NCBI GenBank assembly: GCA_964016885.1
Contig: OZ024750.1
Span: 34,906,001 to 34,970,000, forward strand
Length of the DNA stretch: 64,000 bases
From: Eledone cirrhosa
Taxonomy: Eukaryota
Reading direction: 5' to 3'
Of the stretch, positions 31,301-47,000 are shown piece after piece. Every line of letters starts with the position of its first letter. Positions within the stretch are counted from its first letter, which is position 1. The position numbers and the translations under genes were made by a program. The notes beneath the pieces were generated by a model. The model ran no database searches. It worked only from the letters and a program-made list of their open reading frames with translations, and was not told the origin of the DNA.

Positions 31301-34300
31301 ACATCTTGACTTGACAACTACCACATCTTGACTTGAACAACTACCACATGTTGACTTGAACATCTGCCACATCTTGACTTGACTACTACCACATCTTGAC
31401 TTGAACAACTACCACATCTTGACTTGAAAAACAACGACATCTTGACTTGAATAACCACCACATCTTGATTTGAACAACTACCATATCTTGACTTGACAAC
31501 TATCACATCTTGACTTGAACAACTACCACATCTTGACTTGACAACTACCACATCTTGACTTGAACAACTACCACATCTTGACTTGACAACTACCACATCT
31601 TGACTTGAACAACCACCACATCTTGACTTGAACAACCACAACACATCTTGACTTGAACAATTACCACATCTTGACTTGAACAACTACAACTTCTTGACTT
31701 GAACAACCACCACATCTTGACTTGACAACTACCACATCTTGACTTGAACAACCACCACATCTTGACTTCAACAACTACCACATCTTGACTTGACAACTAC
31801 CACATCTTGACTTGAACAACTGCCACATCTTGACTTGACAACTACCACATCTTGACTTGACAACTACCACATCTTGACTTGACAACCACCACACATCTTG
31901 ACTTGAACAACTACCACATCTTGACTTGACAACTACCACATCTTGACTTGAACAACTACCACATCTTGACTTGACAACCACCACGCATCTTGACTTGAAC
32001 AACTACCACATCTTGACTTGACAACTACCACATCTTGACTTGAACAACCACCACATCTTGACTTGAACAACTACCACATCTTGACTTGACAACTACAACA
32101 TCTTGACTTGAACAACCACCACATCTTGACTTGAACAACTGCCACACATCTTGACTTGAACAACTACCACATCTTGACTTGAACAACCACAACACATCTT
32201 GACTTGAACAATTACCACATTTTGACTTGAACAACTACAACTTCTTGACTTGAACAACCACCACATCTTGACTTGACAACTACCACATCTTGACTTGAAC
32301 AACCACCACATTTTGACTTGAACAACTACCACATCTTGACATGACAACTACCACATCTTGACTTGACAACCACCACACATCTTGACTTGAACAACTACCA
32401 CATCTTGACTTGACAACTACCACATCTTGACTTGAACAACTACCACATCTTGACTTGACAACCACCACACATCTTGACTTGAACAACTACCACATCTTGA
32501 CTTGACAACTACCACATCATGACTTGAACAACTACAACATCTTGACTTGAACAACCACCACATCTTGACTTGACAACTACCACATCTTGACTTGAACAAC
32601 CACCACATCTTGACTTGAACAACTACCACATCTTGACTTGACAACTACCACATCTTGACTTGACAACTACCACATCTTGACTTGAACAACCACCACATCT
32701 TGACTTGAACAACTGCCACACATCTTGACTTGAACAACTACCACATCTTGACTTGAACAACCACAACACATCTTGACTTGAACAATTACCACATCTTGAC
32801 TTGAACAACTACAACTTCTTGACTTGAACAACCAACACATCTTGACTTGACAACTACCACATCTTGACTTGAACAACCACCACATCTTGACTTGAACAAC
32901 TACCACATCTTGACTTGACAACTACCACATCTTGACTTGAACAACTGCCACATCTTGACTTGACAACTACCACATCTTGACTTGAACAACTACCACATCT
33001 TGACTTGAACAACTGCCACATCTTGACTTGACAACTACCACATCTTGACTTGACAACTACCACATGTTGACTTGACAACTACCACATCTTGACTTGAACA
33101 ACCACCACATCTTGACTTGAACAACCACAACACATCTTGACTTGAACAATTACCACATCTTGACTTGAACAACTACAACTTCTTGACTTGAACAACCACC
33201 ACATATTGACTTGACAACTACCACATCTTGACTTGAACAACCACCACATCTTGACTTGAACAACTACCATATCTTGACTTGACAACTACCACATCTTGAC
33301 TTGAACAACTGCCACATCTTGACTTGACAACTACCACATCTTAACCTGAACAACCACCACATCTTGACTTGAACAACTACCACATCTTGACTTGACAACT
33401 ATCACATCTTGACTTGAACAACTACCACATCTTGACTTGAACAACTGCCTTATCTTGACTTGAAAACTACCACATCTTGACTTGACAACCACCACACATC
33501 TTGACTTGAACAACTACCACATCTTGACATGACAACTACCACATCTTGACTTGACAACCACCACACATCTTGACTTGAACAACTACCACATCTTGACTTG
33601 ACAACTACCACATCTTGACTTGAACAACTACCACATCTTGACTTGACAACCATCACACATCTTGACTTGAACAACTACCACATCTTGACTTGACAACTAC
33701 CACATCTTGACTTGAACAACCACCACATCTTGACTTGAACAACTACCACATCTTGACTTGACAACTACCACATCTTGACTTGAACAACTACCACATCTTG
33801 ACTTGACAACTACCACATCTTGACTTGAACAACCACCACATCTTGACTTGAACAACCACAACACATCTTGACTTGAACAATTACCACATCTTGAATTGAA
33901 CAACTACAACTTCTTGATTGAACAACCACCACATCTTGACTTGACAACTACCACATCTTGACTTGAACAACCACCACATCTTGACTTGAACAACTACCAC
34001 ATCTTGACTTGACAACTACCACATCTTGACTTGAACAACTGCCACATCTTGACTTGACAACTACCACATCTTGACTTGACAACTACCACATCTTGACTTG
34101 ACAACCACCACACATCTTGACTTGAACAACTACCACATCTTGACTTGACAACTACCACATCTTGACTTGAAGAACCACCACATCTTGACTTGAAAACTAC
34201 CACATCTTGAATTGAACAACTACCACATCTTGACTTGACAACCACCACACATCTTGACTTGAACAACTACCACATCTTGACATGACAACTACCACATCTT

Positions 34301-36570
34301 GACTTGACAACCACCACACATCTTGACTTGAACAACTACCACATCTTGACTTGACAACTACCACATCTTGACTTGAACAACTACCACATCTTGACTTGAC
34401 AACCATCACACATCTTGACTTGAACAACTACCACATCTTGACTTGACAACTACCACATCTTGACTTGAACAACCACCACATCTTGACTTGAACAACTACC
34501 ACATCTTGACTTGACAACTACCACATCTTGACTTGAACAACTACCACATCTTGACTTGACAACTACCACATCTTGACTTGAACAACCACCACATCTTGAC
34601 TTGAACAACCACAACACATCTTGACTTGAACAATTACCACATCTTGACTTGAACAACTACAACTTCTTGACTTGAACAACCACCACATCTTGACTTGACA
34701 ACTACCACATCTTGACTTGAACAACCACCACATCTTGACTTGAACAACTACCACATCTTGACTTGACAACTACCACATCTTGACTTGAACAACTGCCACA
34801 TCTTGACTTGACAACTACCACATCTTGACTTGACAACTACCACATCTTGACTTGACAACCACCACACATCTTGACTTGAACAACTACCACATCTTGACTT
34901 GACAACTACCACATCTTGACTTGAACAACCACCACATCTTGACTTGAAAACTACCACATCTTGACTTGAACAACTACCACATCTTGACTTGACAACTACC
35001 ACATCTTGACTTGAACAACTACAACATCTTGACTTGAACAACCACCACATCTTGACTTGACAACTACCACATCTTGACTTGACAACTACCACATCTTGAC
35101 TTGAACAACTACAACATCTTGACTTGAACAACCACCACATCTTGACTTGACAACTACCACATCTTGACTTGAACAACCACCACATCTTGACTTGAACAAC
35201 TACCACATCTTGACTTGAACAACTACCACATCTTGACTTGACAACTACAACATCTTGACTTGAACAACCACCACATCTTGACTTGAACAACTGCCACACA
35301 TCTTGACTTGAACAACTACCACATCTTGACTTGAACAACCACAACACATCTTGACTTGAACAATTACCACATTTTGACTTGAACAACTACAACTTCTTGA
35401 CTTGAACAACCACCACATCTTGACTTGACAACTACCACATCTTGACTTGAACAACCACCACATTTTGACTTGAACAACTACCACATCTTGACTTGACAAC
35501 TACCACATCTTGACTTGAACAACTGCCACATCTTGACTTGACAACTACCACATCTTGACTTGAACAACTACCACATGTTGACTTGAACATCTGCCACATC
35601 TTGACTTGACTACTACCACATCTTGACTTGAACAACTACCACATCTTGACTTGAAAAACAACGACATCTTGACTTGAATAACCACCACATCTTGATTTGA
35701 ACAACTACCACATCTTGACTTGACAACTATCACATCTTGACTTGAACAACTACCACATCTTGACTTGACAACTACCACATCTTGACTTGAACAACTACCA
35801 CATCTTGACTTGACAACTACCACATCTTGACTTGAACAACCACCACATCTTGACTTGAACAACCACAACACATCTTGACTTGAACAATTACCACATCTTG
35901 ACTTGAACAACTACAACTTCTTGACTTGAACAACCACCACATCTTGACTTGACAACTACCACATCTTGACTTGAACAACCACCACATCTTGACTTCAACA
36001 ACTACCACATCTTGACTTGACAACTACCACATCTTGACTTGAACAACTGCCACATCTTGACTTGACAACTACCAAATCTTGACTTGACAACTACCATATC
36101 TTGACTTGACAACCACCACACATCTTGACTTGAACAACTACCACATCTTGACTTGACAACTACCACATCTTGACTTGAACAACTACCACATCTTGACTTG
36201 ACAACCACCACGCATCTTGACTTGAACAACTACCACATCTTGACTTGACAACTACCACATCTTGACTTGAACAACCACCACATCTTGACTTGAACAACTA
36301 CCACATCTTGACTTGACAACTACAACATCTTGACTTGAACAACCACCACATCTTGACTTGAACAACTGCCACACATCTTGACTTGAACAACTACCACATC
36401 TTGACTTGAACAACCACAACACATCTTGACTTGAACAATTACCACATTTTGACTTGAACAACTACAACTTCTTGACTTGAACAACCACCACATCTTGACT
36501 TGACAACTACCACATCTTGACTTGAACAACCACCACATTTTGACTTGAACAACTACCACATCTTGACTTG
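28400..36570 (+). repeat. ~4.1-4.2-kb period duplication with internal indels
   Basis: ORF offsets 4090 (28533/32623, 28764/32854), 4206 (29991/34197, 30244/34450) and 4227 (31018/35245, 32093/36320). Shared GAATAACC at ~31449/35676 and GAAGAACC at ~29736/34169. Confidence 0.8.
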
Positions 36571-37320
36571 ACAACTACCACATCTTGACTTGAACAACTG
36601 CCACATCTTGACTTGACAACTACCACATCTTGACTTGAACAACTACCACATGTTGACTTGAACATCTGCCACATCTTGACTTGACTACTACCACATCTTG
36701 ACTTGAACAACTACCACATCTTGACTTGAAAAACAACGACATCTTGACTTGAACAACCACCACATCTTGATTTGAACAACTACCACATCTTGACTTGACA
36801 ACTATCACATCTTGACTTGAACAACTACCACATCTTGACTTGACAACTACCACATCTTGACTTGAACAACTACCACATCTTGACTTGACAACTACCACAT
36901 CTTGACTTGAACAACCACCACATCTTGACTTGAACAACCACAACACATCTTGACTTGAACAATTACCACATCTTGACTTGAACAACTACAACTTCTTGAC
37001 TTGAACAACCACCACATCTTGACTTGACAACTACCACATCTTGACTTGAACAACCACCACATCTTGACTTCAACAACTACCACATCTTGACTTGACAACT
37101 ACCACATCTTGACTTCAACAACTGCCACATCTTGACTTGACAACTACCACATCTTGACTTGACAACTACCACATCTTGACTTGACAACCACCACACATCT
37201 TGACTTGAACAACTACCACATCTTGACTTGACAACTACCACATCTTGACTTGAACAACTACCACATCTTGACTTGACAACCACCACGCATCTTGACTTGA
37301 ACAACTACCACATCTTGACT
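35180..37320 (+). repeat. 1075-bp tandem duplication (central-domain unit)
   Basis: ORF offset 1075 (35245/36320, 35545/36620, 36002/37077; also 31018/32093). Confidence 0.85.
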
Positions 37321-40300
37321 TGACAACTACCACATCTTGACTTGAACAACCACCACATCTTGACTTGAAAACTACCACATCTTGACTTGAACAACTACCA
37401 CATCTTGACTTGACAACCACCACACATCTTGACTTGAACAACTACCACATCTTGACTTGACAACTACCACATCTTGACTTGAACAACTACCACATCTTGA
37501 CTTGACAACCACCACACATCTTGACTTGAACAACTACCACATCTTGACTTGAACAACCACCACATCTTGACTTGAACAACCACCACACATCTTGACTTGA
37601 ACAACTACCACATCTTGACTTGACAACTACCACATCTTGACTTGAACAACTACCACATCTTGACTTGACAACCACCACGCATCTTGACTTGAACAACTAC
37701 CACATCTTGACTTGACAACTACCACATCTTGACTTGAACAACCACCACATCTTGACTTGAAAACTACCACATCTTGACTTGAACAACTACCACATCTTGA
37801 CTTGACAACCACCACACATCTTGACTTGAACAACTACCACATCTTGACTTGACAACTACCACATCTTGACTTGAACAACTACCACATCTTGACTTGACAA
37901 CCACCACACATCTTGACTTGAACAACTACCACATCTTGACTTGAACAACTACCACATCTTGACTTGACAACCATAAACACATCTTGACTTGAACAACTAC
38001 CACATCTTGACTTGACAACTACCACATCTTGACTTGAACAACCACCACATCTTGACTTGAACAACTACCACATCTTGACTTGACAACTACCACATCTTGA
38101 CTTGAACAACTACCACATCTTGACTTGACAACTACCACATCTTGACTTGAACAACCACCACATCTTGACTTGAACAACCACAACACATCTTGACTTGAAC
38201 AATTACCACATCTTGACTTGAACAACTACAACTTCTTGACTTGAACAACCACCACATCTTGACTTGACAACTACCACATCTTGACTTGAACAACCACCAC
38301 ATCTTGACTTGAACAACTACCACATCTTGACTTGACAACTACCACATCTTGACTTGAACAACTGCCACATCTTGACTTGACAACTACCACATCTTGACTT
38401 GACAACTACCACATCTTGACTTGACAACCACCACACATCTTGACTTGAACAACTACCACATCTTGACTTGACAACTACCACATCTTGACTTGAACAACCA
38501 CCACATCTTGACTTGAAAACTACCACATCTTGACTTGAACAACTACCACATCTTGACTTGACAACCACCACACATCTTGACTTGAACAACTACCACATCT
38601 TGACATGACAACTACCACATCTTGACTTGACAACCACCACACATCTTGACTTGAACAACTACCACATCTTGATTTGACAACTACCACATCTTGACTTGAA
38701 CAACTACCACAACTTGACTTGACAACCACCACACATCTTGACTTGAACAACTACCACATCTTGACTTGAACAACTACCACATCTTGACTTGACAACTACC
38801 ACATCTTGACTTGAACAACTACAACATCTTGACTTGAACAACCACCACATCTTGACTTGACAACTACCACATCTTGACTTGAACAACCACCACATCTTGA
38901 CTTGAACAACTACCACATCTTGACTTGAACAACTACCACATCTTGACTTGACAACTACAACATCTTGACTTGAACAACCACCACATCTTGACTTGAAAAA
39001 CTGCCACACATCTTGACTTGAACAACTACCACATCTTGACTTGAACAACCACAACACATCTTGACTTGAACAATTACCACATCTTGACTTGAACAACTAC
39101 AACTTCTTGACTTGAACAACCACCACATCTTGACTTGACAACTACCACATCTTGACTTGAACAACCACCACATCTTGATTTGAACAACTACCACATCTTG
39201 ACTTGACAACTACCACATCTTGACTTGAACAACTGCCACATCTTGACTTGACAACCACCACATCTTGACTTGAACAACTACCACATGTTGACTTGAACAT
39301 CTGCCACATCTTGACTTGACAACTACCACATCTTGACATGAACAACTACCACATCTTGACTTGAAAAACAACGACATCTTGACTTGAACAACCACCACAT
39401 CTTGATTTGAACAACTACCACATCTTGACTTGACAACTACCACATCTTGACTTGAACAACCACCACATCTTGACTTGAACAACCACAACACATCTTGACT
39501 TGAACAATTACCACATCTTGACTTGAACAACTACAACTTCTTGACTTGAACAAACACCACATATTGACTTGACAACTACCACATCTTGACTTGAACAACC
39601 ACCACATCTTGACTTGAACAACTACCACATCTTGACTTGAACAACCACAACACATCTTGACTTGAACAATTACCACATTTTGACTTGAACAACTACAACT
39701 TCTTGACTTGAACAACCACCACATCTTGACTTGACAACTACCACATCTTGACTTGAACAACCACCACATTTTGACTTGAACAACTACCACATCTTGACTT
39801 GACAACTACCACATCTTGACTTGAACAACTGCCACATCTTGACTTGACAACTACCACATCTTGACTTGAACAACTACCACATGTTGACTTGAACATCTGC
39901 CACATCTTGACTTGACTACTACCACATCTTGACTTGAACAACTACCACATCTTGACTTGAAAAACAACGACATCTTGACTTGAACAACCACCACATCTTG
40001 ACTTGACAACTACCACATCTTGACTTGACAACTATCACATCTTGACTTGAACAACTACCACATCTTGACTTGACAACTACCACATCTTGACGTGAACAAC
40101 TACCACATCTTGACTTGACAACTACCACATCTTGACTTGAACAACCACCACATCTTGACTTGAACAACCACAACACATCTTGACTTGAACAATTACCACA
40201 TCTTGACTTGAACAACTACAACTTCTTGACTTGAACAACCACCACATCTTGACTTGACAACTACCACATCTTGACTTGAACAACCACCACATCTTGACTT

Positions 40301-43300
40301 CAACAACTACCACATCTTGACTTGACAACTACCACATCTTGACTTGAACAACTGCCACATCTTGACTTGACAACTACCACATCTTGACTTGACAACTACC
40401 ACATCTTGACTTGACAACCACCACACATCTTGACTTGAACAACTACCACATCTTGACTTGACAACTACCACATCTTGACTTGAACAACTACCACATCTTG
40501 ACTTGACAACCACCACGCATCTTGACTTGAACAACTACCACATCTTGACTTGACAACTACCACATCTTGACTTGAACAACCACCACATCTTGACTTGAAC
40601 AACTACCACATCTTGACTTGACAACTACAACATCTTGACTTGAACAACTACCACATCTTGACTTGAACAACTGCCACACATCTTGACTTGAACAACTACC
40701 ACATCTTGACTTGAACAACCACAACACATCTTGACTTGAACAATTACCACATTTTGACTTGAACAACTACAACTTCTTGACTTGAACAACCACCACATCT
40801 TGACTTGACAACTACCACATCTTGACTTGAACAACCACCACATTTTGACTTGAACAACTACCACATCTTGACTTGACAACTACCACATCTTGACTTGAAC
40901 AACTGCCACATCTTGACTTGACAACTACCACATCTTGACTTGAACAACTACCACATGTTGACTTGAACATCTGCCACATCTTGACTTGACTACTACCACA
41001 TCTTGACTTGAACAACTACCACATCTTGACTTGAAAAACAACGACATCTTGACTTGAACAACCACCACATCTTGATTTGAACAACTACCACATCTTGACT
41101 TGACAACTATCACATCTTGACTTGAACAACTACCACATCTTGACTTGACAACTACCACATCTTGACTTGAACAACTACCACATCTTGACTTGACAAATAC
41201 CACATCTTGACTTGAACAACCACCACATCTTGACTTGAACAACCACAACACATCTTGACTTGAACAATTACCACATCTTGACTTGAACAACTACAACTTC
41301 TTGACTTGAACAACCACCACATCTTGACTTGACAACTACCACATCTTGACTTGAACAACCACCACATCTTGACTTCAACAACTACCACATCTTGACTTGA
41401 CAACTACCACATCTTGACTTGAACAACTGCCACATCTTGACTTGACAACTACCACATCTTGACTTGACAACTACCACATCTTGACTTGACAACCACCACA
41501 CATCTTGACTTGAACAACTACCACATCTTGACTTGACAACTACCACATCTTGACTTGAACAACTACCACATCTTGACTTGACAACCACCACGCATCTTGA
41601 CTTGAACAACTACCACATCTTGACTTGACAACTACCACATCTTGACTTGAACAACCACCACATCTTGACTTGAAAACTACCACATCTTGACTTGAACAAC
41701 TACCACATCTTGACTTGACAACCACCACACATCTTGACTTTAACAACTACCACATCTTGAATTGACAACTACCACATCTTGACTTGAACAACTACCACAT
41801 CTGACTTGACAACCACTACACATCTTGACTTGAACAACTACCACATCTTGACTTGAACAACCACCACATCTTGACTTGAACAACCACAACACATCTTGAC
41901 TTGAACAATTACCACATCTTGACTTGAACAACTACAACTTCTTGACTTGAACAACCACCACATCTTGACTTGACAACTACCACATCTTGACTTGAACAAC
42001 CACCACATCTTGACTTGAACAACTACCACATCTTGACTTGACAACTACCACATCTTGACTTGAACAACTGCCACATCTTGACTTGACAACTACCACATCT
42101 TGAATGACAACTACCACATCTTGACTTGACAACGACCACACATCTTGACTTGAACAACTACCACATCTTGACTTGACAACTACCACATCTTGACTTGAAC
42201 AACCACCACATCTTGACTTGAAAACTACCACATCTTGACTTGAACAACTACCACATCTTGACTTGACAACCACCACACATCTTGACTTGAACAACTACCA
42301 CATCTTGACATGACAACTACCACATCTTGACTTGACAACCACCACACATCTTGACTTGAACAACTACCACATCTTGACTTGACAACTACCACATCTTGAC
42401 TTGAACAACTACCACATCTTGACTTGACAACCATAAACACATCTTGACTTGAACAACTACCACATCTTGACTTGACAACTACCACATCTTGACTTGAACA
42501 ACCACCACATCTTGACTTGAACAACTACCACATCTTGACTTGACAACTACCACATCTTGACTTGAACAACTACCACATCTTGACTTGACAACTACCACAT
42601 CTTGACTTGAACAACCACCACATCTTGACTTGAACAACCACAACACATCTTGACTTGAACAATTACCACATCTTGACTTGAACAACTACAACTTCTTGAC
42701 TTGAACAACCACCACATCTTGACTTGACAACTACCACATCTTGACTTGAACAACCACCACATCTTGACTTGAACAACTACCACATCTTGACTTGACAACT
42801 ACCACATCTTGACTTGAACAACTGCCACATCTTGACTTGACAACTACCACATCTTGACTTGACAACTACCACATCTTGACTTGACAACCACCACACATCT
42901 TGACTTGAACAACTACCACATCTTGACTTGACAACTACCACATCTTGACTTGAACAACCACCACATCTTGACTTGAAAACTACCACATCTTGACTTGAAC
43001 AACTACCACATCTCAACTTGACAACCACCACACATCTTGACTTGAACAACTACCACATCTTGACATGACAACTACCACATCTTGACTTGACAACCACCAC
43101 ACATCTTGACTTGAACAACTACCACATCTTGATTTGACAACTACCACATCTTGACTTGAACAACTACCACAACTTGACTTGACAACCACCACACATCTTG
43201 ACTTGAACAACTACCACATCTTGACTTGAACAACTACCACATCTTGACTTGACAACTACCACATCTTGACTTGAACAACTACAACATCTTGACTTGAACA

Positions 43301-44060
43301 ACCACCACATCTTGACTTGACAACTACCACATCTTGACTTAAACAACCACCACATCTTGACTTGAACAACTACCACATCTTGACTTGAACAACTACCACA
43401 TCTTGACTTGACAACTACAACATCTTGACTTGAACAACCACCACATCTTGACTTGAACAACTGCCACACATCTTGACTTGAACAACTACCACATCTTGAC
43501 TTGAACAACCACAACACATCTTGACTTGAACAATTACCACATCTTGACTTGAACAACTACAACTTCTTGACTTGAACAACCACCACATCTTGACTTGACA
43601 ACTACCACATCTTGACTTGAACAACCACCACATCTTGATTTGAACAACTACCACATCTTGACTTGACAACTACCACATCTTGACTTGAACAACTGCCACA
43701 TCTTGACTTGACAACTACCACATCTTGACTTGAACAACTACCACATGTTGACTTGAACATCTGCCACATCTTGACTTGACAACTACCACATCTTGACATG
43801 AACAACTACCACATCTTGACTTGAAAAACAACGACATCTTGACTTGAACAACCACCACATCTTGATTTGAACAACTACCACATCTTGACTTGACAACTAC
43901 CACATCTTGACTTGAACAACCACCACATATTGACTTGAACAACCACAACACATCTTGACTTGAACAATTACCACATCTTGACTTGAACAACTACAACTTC
44001 TTGACTTGAACAAACACCACATATTGACTTGACAACTACCACATCTTGACTTGAACAACC
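35750..44060 (+). repeat. ~4.3-4.46-kb period duplication
   Basis: ORF offsets 4305 (35817/40122, 36320/40625, 37077/41382) and 4460 (38019/42479, 38704/43164, 39142/43602). Markers CCATAAACAC at 37971/42431 and GATTTGACAA at 38671/43131. Confidence 0.83.
37230..37940 (+). repeat. 392-bp tandem duplication
   Basis: Identical ORFs at 37235/37627. CACGCATC and GAAAACT markers repeat at the same 392 offset. Confidence 0.75.
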
Positions 44061-47000
44061 ACCACATCTTGACTTGAACAACTACCACATCTTGACTTGA
44101 CAACTACCACATCTTGACTTGAACAACTGCCACATCTTGACTTGACAACTACCACATCTTAACTTGAACAACCACCACATCTTGACTTGAACAACTACCA
44201 CATATTGACTTGACAACTATCACATCTTGACTTGAACAACTACCACATCTTGACTTCACAACTATCACATCTTGACTTGAACAACTACCACATCTTGACT
44301 TGAACAACTGCCTTATCTTGACTTGAAAACTACCACATCTTGACTTGACAACCACCACACATCTTGACTTGAACAACTACCACATCTTGACATGACAACT
44401 ACCACATCTTGACTTGACAACCACCACACATCTTGACTTGAACAACTACCACATCTTGACTTGACAACTACCACATCTTGACTTGAACAACTACCACATC
44501 TTGACTTGACAACCACCACACATCTTGACTTGAACAACTACCACATCTTGACTTGAACAACTACCACATCTTGACTTGACAACTACCACATCTTGACTTG
44601 AACAACTACCACATCTTGACTTGAACAACCACCACATCTTGACTTGAACAACTACCACATCTTGACTTGACAACTACCACATCTTGACTTGAACGACTGC
44701 CACATCTTGACTTGACAACTACCACATCTTGACTTGACAACTACCACATCTTGACTTGACAACCACCACACATCTTGACTTGAACAACTACCACATCTTG
44801 ACTTGACAACTACCACATCTTGACTTGAACAACCACCACATCTTGACTTGAAAACTACCACATCTTGACTTGAACAACTACCACATCTTGACTTGACAAC
44901 CACCACACATCTTGACTTGAACAACTACCACATCTTGACATGACAACTACCACATCTTGACTTGACAACCACCACACATCTTGACTTGAACAACTACCAC
45001 ATCTTGACTTGACAACTACCACATCTTGACTTGAACAACTACCACATCTTGACTTGACAACCACCACACATCTTGACTTGAACAACTACCACATCTTGAC
45101 TTGAACAACTACCACATCTTGACTTGACAACTACCACATCTTGACTTGAACAACTACCACATCTTGACTTGAACAACCACCACATCTTGACTTGACAACT
45201 ACCACATCTTGACTTGAACAACCACCACATCTTGACTTGAACAACTACCACATCTTGACTTGAACAACTACCACATCTTGACTTGACAACTACAACATCT
45301 TGACTTGAACAACCACCACATCTTGACTTGAACAACTGCCACACATCTTGACTTGAACAAGTACCACATCTTGACTTGAACAACCACAACACATCTTGAC
45401 TTGAACAATTACCACATCTTGACTTGAACAACTCCAACTTCTTGACTTGAACAACCACCACATCTTGACTTGACATCTACCACATCTTGACTTGAACAAC
45501 CACCACATCTTGACTTGAACAACCACAACACATCTTGACTTGAACAAGTACCACATCTTGACTTGAACAACTACAACTTCTTGACTTGAACAAACACCAC
45601 ATATTGACTTGACAACTACCACATCTTGACTTGAACAACCACCACATCTTGACTTGAACAACTACCACATCTTGACTTGACAACTACCACATCTTGACTT
45701 GAACAACTGCCACATCTTGACTTGACAACTACCACATCTTAACTTGAACAACCACCACATCTTGACTTGAACAACTACCACATATTGACTTGACAACTAT
45801 CACATCTTGACTTGAACAACTACCACATCTTGACTTCACAACTATCACATCTTGACTTGAACAACTACCACATCTTGACTTGAACAACTGCCTTATCTTG
45901 ACTTGAAAACTACCACATCTTGACTTGACAACCACCACACATCTTGACTTGAACAACTACCACATCTTGACATGACAACTACCACATCTTGACTTGACAA
46001 CCACCACACATCTTGACTTGAACAACTACCACATCTTGACTTGACAACTACCACATCTTGACTTGAACAACTACCACATCTTGACTTGACAACCACCACA
46101 CATCTTGACTTGAACAACTACCACATCTTGACTTGAACAACTACCACATCTTGACTTGACAACTACCACATCTTGACTTGAACAACTACCACATCTTGAC
46201 TTGAACAACCACCACATCTTGACTTGAACAACTACCACATCTTGACTTGACAACTACCACATCTTGACTTGAACGACTGCCACATCTTGACTTGACAACT
46301 ACCACATCTTGACTTGACAACTACCACATCTTGACTTGACAACCACCACACATCTTGACTTGAACAACTACCACATCTTGACTTGACAACTACCACATCT
46401 TGACTTGAACAACCACCACATCTTGACTTGAAAACTACCACATCTTGACTTGAACAACTACCACATCTTGACTTGACAACCACCACACATCTTGACTTGA
46501 ACAACTACCACATCTTGACATGACAACTACCACATCTTGACTTGACAACCACCACACATCTTGACTTGAACAACTACCACATCTTGACTTGACAACTACC
46601 ACATCTTGACTTGAACAACTACCACATCTTGACTTGACAACCACCACACATCTTGACTTGAACAACTACCACATCTTGACTTGAACAACTACCACATCTT
46701 GACTTGACAACTACCACATCTTGACTTGAACAACTACCACATCTTGACTTGAACAACCACCACATCTTGACTTGACAACTACCACATCTTGACTTGAACA
46801 ACCACCACATCTTGACTTGAACAACTACCACATCTTGACTTGAACAACTACCACATCTTGACTTGACAACTACCACATCTTGACTTGACAACCACCACAC
46901 ATCTTGACTTGAACAACTACCACATCTTGACTTGAACAACCACCACATCTTGACTTGAACAACTACCACATCTTGACTTGACAACTACCACATCTTGACT

